64,000 bases of DNA from contig OZ024740.1 of NCBI GenBank assembly GCA_964016885.1, positions 438,216,001-438,280,000 of the forward strand, in the 5' to 3' direction. Shown piece after piece: positions 48,301 to 63,300 of the stretch. A model generated the notes under the pieces. The model had not been told where the DNA came from. It saw only the letters and a list, made by a program, of their open reading frames with translations, and searched no databases. A program made the position numbers and the translations under genes. Position 1 is the first letter of the stretch. Each line of letters opens with the position of its first letter. This stretch comes from Eledone cirrhosa (taxonomy: Eukaryota).

Positions 48301-51300
48301 AGAACATACCTTTATAGAAAATACCTTTATAGAAAATACCTTTATAGAACATACCTTTATAGAACATACCTTTATAGAACATACATTTATAGAACATACC
48401 TTTATAGAACATACCTTAATAGAACATACCTTTATAGAACATAGCTTTATAGAACACACCTTAATAGAACACACTTTTATAGAACATAGCTTAATAGAAC
48501 ATACCTTTATAGAACAGACCTTTATAGAACATACCTTTATAGAACATACCTTTATAGTACATACCTTTATAGTACATACCTTAATAGAACATACCTTTAT
48601 AGAACATAGCTTTATAGAACACACCTTAATAGAACACACTTTTATAGAACATAGCTTAATAGAACATACCTTTATAGAACAGACCTTTATAGAACACACC
48701 TTTATAGAACATACCTTTATAGAACATACCTTTATAGAATAGACCTTTATAGAATAGAGCTTTATAAAACATACCTTTATAGAACATACCTTTATAGAAC
48801 ATACCTTTATAGAACACACCTTTATAGAACATACCTTTATAGAACATACCTTTATAGAATAGACCTTTATAGAACATACCTTTTTAGAACACACCTTTAT
48901 AGAACATATCTTCATAGAACAGACCTTTATAGAACATACCTTTATAGTACATACCTTTATAGTACATACCTTAATAGAACATGTCTTTATAGAAAATACC
49001 TTTATAGAACAGACCTTTATAGAACATACCTTTATAGAAAATACCTTTATAGAAAATACCTTTATAGAACATACCTTTATAGAACATACCTTTATAGAAC
49101 ATACCTTTATAGAAAACACCTTAATAAAACATACCTTTATAGAACATACCTTTATAGAACATACCTTTATAGAACATACCTTTATAGAACATACCTTTAT
49201 AGAATATACCTTTATAGAATATACCTTTATAGAACAGACCTTTATAGAACATACCTTTATAGAATATACCTTTATAGAATATACCTTTATAGAACATACC
49301 TTTAGAGAACATACCTTTGTAGAACATACCTTTATAGAACATACCTTTATAGAACACACCTTAAAAGAACATACCTTTATAGAACATACCTTTATAGAAC
49401 ATACATTTATAGAACATACCTTTATAGAACATACCTTTATAGAATATACCTTTATAGAATATACCTTTAACGAACAGACCTTTATAGAACATACCTTTAT
49501 AGAACATACCTTTATAGAACATACCTTTATAGAACATACCTTTATAGAACAGACCTTTATAGAACATACCTTTATAGAAAATAACTTTATAGAACATACC
49601 TTTATAGAACACACCTTTATAGAACATACCTTTATAGAACATACCTCAATATAACATACCTTAATAGAACACACCTTTATAGAACACACCTTTATAGAAC
49701 ATACCTTTATAGAATATACCTTTATAGAATATACCTTTATATTACACAACTTTATAGTACACACCTTTAGCGTACATACCTTAATAGAACACACCTTTAT
49801 AGAACATACCTTTATAGAACATACCTTTATAGTACATACCTTTATAGTACATGCCTTAATAGAACATACCTTTATAGAACATAGCTTTATAGAACACACC
49901 TTAATAGAACACAGCTTTATAGAACATAGCTTAATAGAACACATCTTTATGGAACATACCTTTATAGTTATTACCTTTATAGAACACACCTTTATAGAAC
50001 AGACTTTTATAGTTATTACCTTTATCGAACACACCTTTATAGAACATAACTTCATAGAACATACCTTTATAGAACAGACCTTTATAGAACATACTTTAAT
50101 AGAACATGCCTTTATAGAACAGACCTTTATAGAACACACCTTTATCGAACATACCTTTATAGAACATACCTTTATAGAACATACCTTTATAGAATAGACC
50201 TTTATAAAACATACCTTTATAGAACATACCTTTATAGAACAAACCTTTATAGAACACACCTTAATAGAACATACCTTTATAGAACATACCTTTATAGAAT
50301 AGACCTTTATAGAACATACCTTTTTAGAACACACCTTTATAGAACATATCTTTATAGAACAGACCTTTATAGAACATACCTTTATATTACACAACTTTAT
50401 AGTACACACCTTTAGCGTACATACCTTAATAGAACAGACCTTTATAGAACATATCTTTAGAGAAGATAACTTTATAGAATAGACCTTTATAGAACACACC
50501 TTTATAGAATACAGCTTTATAGAACAGACCTTTATAGAACATACCTTTATAGAACATACCTTTATAGAACACACCTTTATAGTACATACCTTAAAAGAAC
50601 ATACCTTTATAGAACACACCCTTATAGTACATACATTAATAGAACATACCTTAATAGAACATACCTTTATATAACATACCTTTATTATTATTACCTTTAT
50701 ATAACACACCTTTATAGAATACACCTTTATAGAACATACCTTTATAGAACATACCTTTATAGAACATACCTTTATAGAACATACCTTTATAGAACATACC
50801 TTTATAGAATATACCTTTATAGAATATACCTTTATAGAACATACCTTTATAGAACATACCTTTATAGAACATACCTTTATAGAATATACCTTTATAGAAC
50901 ATACCTTTATAGAACAGACCTTTATAGAACATACCTTTATAGAATATACCTTTATAGAACAGACCTTTATAGAACATACCTTTATAGAACATACATTTAT
51001 AGAACATACCTTTATAGAACATACCTTTATAGAACATACCTTTATAGAACAGACCTTTATAGAACATACCTTTATAGAACACACCTTTATAGAACATACC
51101 TTTATAGAACATACCTCAATATAACATACCTTAATAGAACACACCTTTATAGAACACACCCTTATAGAACATACCTTTATAGAATATACCTTTATAGAAT
51201 ATACCTTTCTATTACACAACTTTATAGTACACACCTTTAGCGTACATACCTTAATAGAACAGACCTTTGTAGAACATACCTTTATAGAACATACCTTTAT

Positions 51301-54300
51301 AGTACATACCTTTATAGTACATACCTTAATAGAACATACCTTTATAGAACATAGCTTCATAGAACACACCTTAATAGAACACACTTTTATAGAACATAGC
51401 TTAATAGAACATACCTTTATAGAACAGACCTTTATAGAACACACCTTTATAGAACATACCTTTATAGAACATACCTTTATAGAATAGACCTTTATAGAAT
51501 AGAGCTTTATAAAACATACCTTTATAGAACATACCTTTATAGAACATACCTTTATAGAACACACCTTTATAGAACATACCTTTATAGAACATACCTTTAT
51601 AGAATAGACCTTTATAGAACATACCTTTTTAGAACACACCTTTATAGAACATATCTTCATAGAACAGACCTTTATAGAACATACCTTTATAGTACATACC
51701 TTTATAGTACATACCTTAATAGAACATGTCTTTATAGAAAATACCTTTATAGAACAGACCTTTATAGAACATACCTTTATAGAAAATACCTTTATAGTAC
51801 ATAACTTAAAAGAACATACCTTTATAGAACACACCTTTATAGTACATACATTAATAGAACATACCTTAATAGAACATATCTTTATAGAACATACCTTTAT
51901 TATTATTACCTTTATAGAACACACCTTTATAGAATACACCTTTATAGAACATACCTTTATAGAACACACCTTTATAGAACAGACCTTTATAGAACATACC
52001 TTTATAGAACACACCTTTATAGAACAGACCTTTATAGAACATACCTTTATAGAATATACCTTTATAGAACAGACCTTTATAGAACATACCTTTATAGAAC
52101 ACACCTTAATAGAACATGCCTTTATAGAACATACCTTTATAGAAAATACCTTTATAGAAAATACCTTTATAGAACATACCTTTATAGAACATACCTTTAT
52201 AGAAAACACCTTAATAAAACATACCTTTATAGAACATACCTTTATAGAACATACCTTTATAGAACATACCTTTATAGAACATACCTTTATAGAATATACC
52301 TTTATAGAATATACCTTTATAGAACATACCTTTATAGAACATACCTTTATAGAACATACCTTTATAGAATATACCTTTATAGAACATACCTTTATAGAAC
52401 AGACCTTTATAGAACATACCTTTATAGAATATACCTTTATAGAACAGACCTTTATAGAACATACCTTTATAGAACATACATTTATAGAACATACCTTTAT
52501 AGAACATACCTTTATAGAACATACCTTTATAGAACAGACCTTTATAGAACATACCTTTATAGAACACACCTTTATAGAACATACCTTTATAGAACATACC
52601 TCAATATAACATACCTTAATAGAACACACCTTTATAGAACACACCCTTATAGAACATACCTTTATAGAATATACCTTTATAGAATATACCTTTCTATTAC
52701 ACAACTTTATAGTACACACCTTTAGCGTACATACCTTAATAGAACAGACCTTTGTAGAACATACCTTTATAGAACATACCTTTATAGTACATACCTTTAT
52801 AGTACATACCTTAATAGAACATACCTTTATAGAACATAGCTTCATAGAACACACCTTAATAGAACACACTTTTATAGAACATAGCTTAATAGAACATACC
52901 TTAATAGAACAGACCTTTATAGAACATATCTTTAGAGAAGATAACTTTATAGCATAGACCTTGATAGAACACACCTTTATAGAATACAGCTTTATAGAAC
53001 AGACCTTTATAGAACACACCTTTATAGAACAGACCTTTATAGAACACACCTTTATAGAACATACCTTTATAGAACATACCTTTATAGAATAGACCTTTAT
53101 AGAATAGAGCTTTATAAAACATACCTTTATAGAACATACCTTTATAGAACATACCTTTATAGAACACACCTTTATAGAACATACCTTTATAGAACATACC
53201 TTTATAGAATAGACCTTTATAGAACATACCTTTTTAGAACACACCTTTATAGAACATATCTTCATAGAACAGACCTTTATAGAACATACCTTTATAGTAC
53301 ATACCTTTATAGTACATACCTTAATAGAACATGTCTTTATAGAAAATACCTTTATAGAACAGACCTTTATAGAACATACCTTTATAGAAAATACCTTTAT
53401 AGAAAATACCTTTATAGAACATACCTTTATAGAACATACCTTTATAGAACATACATTTATAGAACATACCTTTATAGAACATACCTTAATAGAACATACC
53501 TTTATAGAACATAGCTTTATAGAACACACCTTAATAGAACACACTTTTATAGAACATAGCTTAATAGAACATACCTTTATAGAACAGACCTTTATAGAAC
53601 ATACCTTTATAGAACATACCTTTATAGTACATACCTTTATAGTACATACCTTAATAGAACATACCTTTATAGAACATAGCTTTATAGAACACACCTTAAT
53701 AGAACACACTTTTATAGAACATAGCTTAATAGAACATACCTTTATAGAACAGACCTTTATAGAACACACCTTTATAGAACATACCTTTATAGAACATACC
53801 TTTATAGAATAGACCTTTATAGAATAGAGCTTTATAAAACATACCTTTATAGAACATACCTTTATAGAACATACCTTTATAGAACACACCTTTATAGAAC
53901 ATACCTTTATAGAACATACCTTTATAGAATAGACCTTTATAGAACATACCTTTTTAGAACACACCTTTATAGAACATATCTTCATAGAACAGACCTTTAT
54001 AGAACATACCTTTATAGTACATACCTTTATAGTACATACCTTAATAGAACATGTCTTTATAGAAAATACCTTTATAGAACAGACCTTTATAGAACATACC
54101 TTTATAGAAAATACCTTTATAGAAAATACCTTTATAGAACATACCTTTATAGAACATACCTTTATAGAACATACCTTTATAGAAAACACCTTAATAAAAC
54201 ATACCTTTATAGAACATACCTTTATAGAACATACCTTTATAGAACATACCTTTATAGAACATACCTTTATAGAATATACCTTTATAGAACAGACCTTTAT

Positions 54301-57300
54301 AGAACATACCCTTATAGAACATATCTTTATAGAACGGACCTTTATAGAACACACCTTTATAGAACATACCTTTATAGAACATACCTTCATAGAACACACA
54401 TTTATAGAACATACCTTTATAGAATATACCATTATAGAACAGACCTTTATAGAACACACCTTTATAGAACATACCTTTATAGAACACACCTTTATAGAAC
54501 AGACCTTTATAGAACATACCTTTATAGAACACACCTTTATAGAACAGACCTTTATAGAACATACCTTCATAGAACATACCTTTATATAACATACCTTTAT
54601 AGAACACACCTTTATAGAACATACCTTTATAGTAAATAACTTTATAGTACATTCCTTAATAGAACATACCTTTATAGAACACACCTTTATAAAACATACC
54701 TTTATACAACACACCTTTATAGAACATACCTTTATAGAACATACCTTTATAGAACATACCTTTATAGAACACACCTTTATAGAACATACATTTATAGAAA
54801 AGCCCTTTATAGAATAGACCTTTATAAAACATACCTTTATAGAACATACCTTTATAGAACATACCTTTATAGAACACACCTTTATAGAACATACCTTTAT
54901 AGAACATACCTTTATGGAATAGACCCTTATAGAACATACCTTTTTAGAACACACCTTTATAGAACATATCTTCATAGAACAGACCTTTATAGAACATACC
55001 TTTATAGAACATACCTTTATAGAACACACCTTTATAGAACAGACCTTTATAGAACATATCTTCATAGAACTCACCTTTAAAGAACAGACCTTTATAGAAC
55101 ATACCTTCATAGAACATACCTTAATAGAACAGACCTTTATAGAACATATCTTTAGAGAAGATAACTTTATAGAATAGACCTTGATAGAACACACCTTTAT
55201 AGAATACAGCTTTATAGAACAGACCTTTATAGAACACACCTTTATAGAACATACCTTTATAGAACACACCTTTATAGTACATAACTTAAAAGAACATACC
55301 TTTATAGAACACACCTTTATAGTACATACATTAATAGAACATACCTTAATAGAACATATCTTTATAGAACATACCTTTATTATTATTACCTTTATAGAAC
55401 ACACCTTTATAGAATACACCTTTATAGAACATACCTTTATAGAACACACCTTTATAGAACAGACCTTTATAGAACATACCTTTATAGAACACACCTTTAT
55501 AGAACAGACCTTTATAGAACATACCTTTATAGAATATACCTTTATAGAACAGACCTTTATAGAACATACCTTTATAGAACACACCTTAATAGAACATGCC
55601 TTTATAGAACATACCTTTATAGAAAATACCTTTATAGAAAATACCTTTATAGAACATACCTTTATAGAACATACCTTTATAGAAAACACCTTAATAAAAC
55701 ATACCTTTATAGAACATACCTTTATAGAACATACCTTTATAGAACATACCTTTATAGAACATACCTTTATAGAATATACCTTTATAGAATATACCTTTAT
55801 AGAACATACCTTTATAGAACATACCTTTATAGAACATACCTTTATAGAATATACCTTTATAGAACATACCTTTATAGAACAGACCTTTATAGAACATACC
55901 TTTATAGAATATACCTTTATAGAACAGACCTTTATAGAACATACCTTTATAGAACATACATTTATAGAACATACCTTTATAGAACATACCTTTATAGAAC
56001 ATACCTTTATAGAACAGACCTTTATAGAACATACCTTTATAGAACACACCTTTATAGAACATACCTTTATAGAACATACCTCAATATATCATACCTTAAT
56101 AGAACACACCTTTATAGAACACACCCTTATAGAACATACCTTTATAGAATATACCTTTATAGAATATACCTTTCTATTACACAACTTTATAGTACACACC
56201 TTTAGCGTACATACCTTAATAGAACAGACCTTTGTAGAACATACCTTTATAGAACATACCTTTATAGTACATACCTTTATAGTACATACCTTAATAGAAC
56301 ATACCTTTATAGAACATAGCTTCATAGAACACACCTTAATAGAACACACTTTTATAGAACATAGCTTAATAGAACATACCTTAATAGAACAGACCTTTAT
56401 AGAACATATCTTTAGAGAAGATAACTTTATAGCATAGACCTTGATAGAACACACCTTTATAGAATACAGCTTTATAGAACAGACCTTTATAGAACACACC
56501 TTTATAGAACAGACCTTTATAGAACACACCTTTATAGAACATACCTTTATAGAACATACCTTTATAGAATAGACCTTTATAGAATAGAGCTTTATAAAAC
56601 ATACCTTTATAGAACATACCTTTATAGAACATACCTTTATAGAACACACCTTTATAGAACATACCTTTATAGAACATACCTTTATAGAATAGACCTTTAT
56701 AGAACATACCTTTTTAGAACACACCTTTATAGAACATATCTTCATAGAACAGACCTTTATAGTACATATCTTTATAGTACATAACTTAATAGAACATGTC
56801 TTTATAGAAAATACCTTTATAGAACAGACCTTTATAGAACATACCTTTATAGAAAATACCTTTATAGAAAATACCTTTATAGAACATACCTTTATAGAAC
56901 ATACCTTTATAGAACATACATTTATAGAACATACCTTTATAGAACATACCTTAATAGAACATACCTTTATAGAACATAGCTTTATAGAACACACCTTAAT
57001 AGAACACACTTTTATAGAACATAGCTTAATAGAACATACCTTTATAGAACAGACCTTTATAGAACATACCTTTATAGAACATACCTTTATAGTACATACC
57101 TTTATAGTACATACCTTAATAGAACATACCTTTATAGAACATAGCTTTATAGAACACACCTTAATAGAACACACTTTTATAGAACATAGCTTAATAGAAC
57201 ATACCTTTATAGAACAGACCTTTATAGAACACACCTTTATAGAACATACCTTTATAGAACATACCTTTATAGAATAGACCTTTATAGAATAGAGCTTTAT

Positions 57301-60300
57301 AAAACATACCTTTATAGAACATACCTTTATAGAACATACCTTTATAGAACACACCTTTATAGAACATACCTTTATAGAACATACCTTTATAGAATAGACC
57401 TTTATAGAACATACCTTTTTAGAACACACCTTTATAGAACATATCTTCATAGAACAGACCTTTATAGAACATACCTTTATAGTACATACCTTTATAGTAC
57501 ATACCTTAATAGAACATGTCTTTATAGAAAATACCTTTATAGAACAGACCTTTATAGAACATACCTTTATAGAAAATACCTTTATAGAAAATACCTTTAT
57601 AGAACATACCTTTATAGAACATACCTTTATAGAACATACCTTTATAGAAAACACCTTAATAAAACATACCTTTATAGAACATACCTTTATAGAACATACC
57701 TTTATAGAACATACCTTTATAGAACATACCTTTATAGAATATACCTTTATAGAATATACCTTTATAGAACAGACCTTTATAGAACATACCTTTATAGAAT
57801 ATACCTTTATAGAATATACCTTTATAGAACATACCTTTAGAGAACATACCTTTGTAGAACATACCTTTATAGAACATACCTTTATAGAACACACCTTAAA
57901 AGAACATACCTTTATAGAACATACCTTTATAGAACATACATTTATAGAACATACCTTTATAGAACATACCTTTATAGAATATACCTTTATAGAATATACC
58001 TTTAACGAACAGACCTTTATAGAACATACCTTTATAGAACATACCTTTATAGAACATACCTTTATAGAACATACCTTTATAGAACAGACCTTTATAGAAC
58101 ATACCTTTATAGAAAATAACTTTATAGAACATACCTTTATAGAACACACCTTTATAGAACATACCTTTATAGAACATACCTCAATATAACATACCTTAAT
58201 AGAACACACCTTTATAGAACACACCTTTATAGAACATACCTTTATAGAATATACCTTTATAGAATATACCTTTATATTACACAACTTTATAGTACACACC
58301 TTTAGCGTACATACCTTAATAGAACACACCTTTATAGAACATACCTTTATAGAACATACCTTTATAGTACATACCTTTATAGTACATGCCTTAATAGAAC
58401 ATACCTTTATAGAACATAGCTTTATAGAACACACCTTAATAGAACACAGCTTTATAGAACATAGCTTAATAGAACACATCTTTATGGAACATACCTTTAT
58501 AGTTATTACCTTTATAGAACACACCTTTATAGAACAGACTTTTATAGTTATTACCTTTATCGAACACACCTTTATAGAACATAACTTCATAGAACATACC
58601 TTTATAGAACAGACCTTTATAGAACATACTTTAATAGAACATGCCTTTATAGAACAGACCTTTATAGAACACACCTTTATCGAACATACCTTTATAGAAC
58701 ATACCTTTATAGAACATACCTTTATAGAATAGACCTTTATAAAACATACCTTTATAGAACATACCTTTATAGAACAAACCTTTATAGAACACACCTTAAT
58801 AGAACATACCTTTATAGAACATACCTTTATAGAATAGACCTTTATAGAACATACCTTTTTAGAACACACCTTTATAGAACATATCTTTATAGAACAGACC
58901 TTTATAGAACATACCTTTATATTACACAACTTTATAGTACACACCTTTAGCGTACATACCTTAATAGAACAGACCTTTATAGAACATATCTTTAGAGAAG
59001 ATAACTTTATAGAATAGACCTTTATAGAACACACCTTTATAGAATACAGCTTTATAGAACAGACCTTTATAGAACATACCTTTATAGAACATACCTTTAT
59101 AGAACACACCTTTATAGTACATACCTTAAAAGAACATACCTTTATAGAACACACCTTTATAGTACATACATTAATAGAACATACCTTAATAGAACATACC
59201 TTTATATAACATACCTTTATTATTATTACCTTTATATAACACACCTTTATAGAATACACCTTTATAGAACATACCTTTATAGAACACACCTTTATAGAAC
59301 AGACCTTTATAGAACATACCTTTATAGAACACACCTTTATAGAACAGACCTTTATAGAACATACTTTTATAGAATATACCTTTATAGAACAGACCTTTAT
59401 AGAACATACCTTTATAGAACATACCTTTATAGAACATACCTTTATAGAACATACCTTTATAGAACATACCTTTATAGAACAGACCTTTATAGAACATACC
59501 TTTATAGAAAATATCTTTATAGAACATACCTTTATAGAACACACCTTTATAGAACATACCTTTATAGAACATACCTCAATATAACATACCTTAATAGAAC
59601 ACACCTTTATAGAACACACCCTTATAGAACATACCTTTATAGAATATACCTTTATAGAATATACCTTTATATTACACAACTTTATAGTACACACCTTTAG
59701 CGTACATACCTTAATAGAACAGACCTTTGTAGAACATACCTTTATAGAACATACCTTTATAGTACATACCTTTATAGTACATACCTTAATAGAACATACC
59801 TTTATAGAACATAGCTTTATAGAACACACCTTAATAGAACACACCTTTATAGAACATAGCTTAATAGAACATACCTTTATAGAACAGACCTTTATAGAAC
59901 ACACCTTTATAGAACATACCTTTATAGAACACACCTTTATAGAATAGACCTTTATAGAATAGACCTTTATAAAACATACCTTTATAGAACATACCTTTAT
60001 AGAACATACCTTTATAGAACACACCTTTATAGAACATACCTTTATAGAACATACCTTTATAGAATAGACCTTTATAGAACATACCTTTTTAGAACACACC
60101 TTTATAGAACATATCTTCATAGAACAGACCTTTATAGAACATACCTTTATAGTACATACCTTTATAGTACATACCTTAATAGAACATGTCTTTATAGAAA
60201 ATACCTTTATAGAACAGACCTTTATAGAACATACCTTTATAGAAAATACCTTTATAGAAAATACCTTTATAGAACATACCTTTATAGAACATACCTTTAT

Positions 60301-63300
60301 AGAACATACATTTATAGAACATACCTTTATAGAACATACCTTAATAGAACATACCTTTATAGAACATAGCTTTATAGAACACACCTTAATAGAACACACT
60401 TTTATAGAACATAGCTTAATAGAACATACCTTTATAGAACAGACCTTTATAGAACATACCTTTATAGAACATACCTTTATAGTACATACCTTTATAGTAC
60501 ATACCTTAATAGAACATACCTTTATAGAACATAGCTTTATAGAACACACCTTAATAGAACACACTTTTATAGAACATAGCTTAATAGAACATACCTTTAT
60601 AGAACAGACCTTTATAGAACACACCTTTATAGAACATACCTTTATAGAACATACCTTTATAGAATAGACCTTTATAGAATAGAGCTTTATAAAACATACC
60701 TTTATAGAACATACCTTTATAGAACATACCTTTATAGAACACACCTTTATAGAACATACCTTTATAGAACATACCTTTATAGAATAGACCTTTATAGAAC
60801 ATACCTTTTTAGAACACACCTTTATAGAACATATCTTCATAGAACAGACCTTTATAGAACATACCTTTATAGTACATACCTTTATAGTACATACCTTAAT
60901 AGAACATGTCTTTATAGAAAATACCTTTATAGAACAGACCTTTATAGAACATACCTTTATAGAAAATACCTTTATAGAAAATACCTTTATAGAACATACC
61001 TTTATAGAACATACCTTTATAGAACATACCTTTATAGAAAACACCTTAATAAAACATACCTTTATAGAACATACCTTTATAGAACATACCTTTATAGAAC
61101 ATACCTTTATAGAACATACCTTTATAGAATATACCTTTATAGAATATACCTTTATAGAACAGACCTTTATAGAACATACCTTTATAGAATATACCTTTAT
61201 AGAATATACCTTTATAGAACATACCTTTAGAGAACATACCTTTGTAGAACATACCTTTATAGAACATACCTTTATAGAACACACCTTAAAAGAACATACC
61301 TTTATAGAACATACCTTTATAGAACATACATTTATAGAACATACCTTTATAGAACATACCTTTATAGAATATACCTTTATAGAATATACCTTTAACGAAC
61401 AGACCTTTATAGAACATACCTTTATAGAACATACCTTTATAGAACATACCTTTATAGAACATACCTTTATAGAACAGACCTTTATAGAACATACCTTTAT
61501 AGAAAATAACTTTATAGAACATACCTTTATAGAACACACCTTTATAGAACATACCTTTATAGAACATACCTCAATATAACATACCTTAATAGAACACACC
61601 TTTATAGAACACACCTTTATAGAACATACCTTTATAGAATATACCTTTATAGAATATACCTTTATATTACACAACTTTATAGTACACACCTTTAGCGTAC
61701 ATACCTTAATAGAACACACCTTTATAGAACATACCTTTATAGAACATACCTTTATAGTACATACCTTTATAGTACATGCCTTAATAGAACATACCTTTAT
61801 AGAACATAGCTTTATAGAACACACCTTAATAGAACACAGCTTTATAGAACATAGCTTAATAGAACACATCTTTATGGAACATACCTTTATAGTTATTACC
61901 TTTATAGAACACACCTTTATAGAACAGACTTTTATAGTTATTACCTTTATCGAACACACCTTTATAGAACATAACTTCATAGAACATACCTTTATAGAAC
62001 AGACCTTTATAGAACATACTTTAATAGAACATGCCTTTATAGAACAGACCTTTATAGAACACACCTTTATCGAACATACCTTTATAGAACATACCTTTAT
62101 AGAACATACCTTTATAGAATAGACCTTTATAAAACATACCTTTATAGAACATACCTTTATAGAACAAACCTTTATAGAACACACCTTAATAGAACATACC
62201 TTTATAGAACATACCTTTATAGAATAGACCTTTATAGAACATACCTTTTTAGAACACACCTTTATAGAACATATCTTTATAGAACAGACCTTTATAGAAC
62301 ATACCTTTATATTACACAACTTTATAGTACACACCTTTAGCGTACATACCTTAATAGAACAGACCTTTATAGAACATATCTTTAGAGAAGATAACTTTAT
62401 AGAATAGACCTTTATAGAACACACCTTTATAGAATACAGCTTTATAGAACAGACCTTTATAGAACATACCTTTATAGAACATACCTTTATAGAACACACC
62501 TTTATAGTACATACCTTAAAAGAACATACCTTTATAGAACACACCCTTATAGTACATACATTAATAGAACATACCTTAATAGAACATACCTTTATATAAC
62601 ATACCTTTATTATTATTACCTTTATATAACACACCTTTATAGAATACACCTTTATAGAACATACCTTTATAGAACATACCTTTATAGAACATACCTTTAT
62701 AGAACATACCTTTATAGAACATACCTTTATAGAATATACCTTTATAGAATATACCTTTATAGAACATACCTTTATAGAACATACCTTTATAGAACATACC
62801 TTTATAGAATATACCTTTATAGAACATACCTTTATAGAACAGACCTTTATAGAACATACCTTTATAGAATATACCTTTATAGAACAGACCTTTATAGAAC
62901 ATACCTTTATAGAACATACATTTATAGAACATACCTTTATAGAACATACCTTTATAGAACATACCTTTATAGAACAGACCTTTATAGAACATACCTTTAT
63001 AGAACACACCTTTATAGAACATACCTTTATAGAACATACCTCAATATAACATACCTTAATAGAACACACCTTTATAGAACACACCCTTATAGAACATACC
63101 TTTATAGAATATACCTTTATAGAATATACCTTTCTATTACACAACTTTATAGTACACACCTTTAGCGTACATACCTTAATAGAACAGACCTTTGTAGAAC
63201 ATACCTTTATAGAACATACCTTTATAGTACATACCTTTATAGTACATACCTTAATAGAACATACCTTTATAGAACATAGCTTCATAGAACACACCTTAAT

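Noticed and set aside
39370-56049. 5559-aa ORF and the other giant (VCSIK)n ORFs (1294, 1345, 1678, 1339, 1479 and 2616 aa) as annotated CDS
   Set aside because: A 15-bp monomer is a multiple of 3 and the consensus has no stop in four of six frames, so long ORFs are expected. The ORFs have no unique domain, start at arbitrary variants, and end or switch frame at satellite indels. The idea is kept only as a testable hypothesis in the findings.
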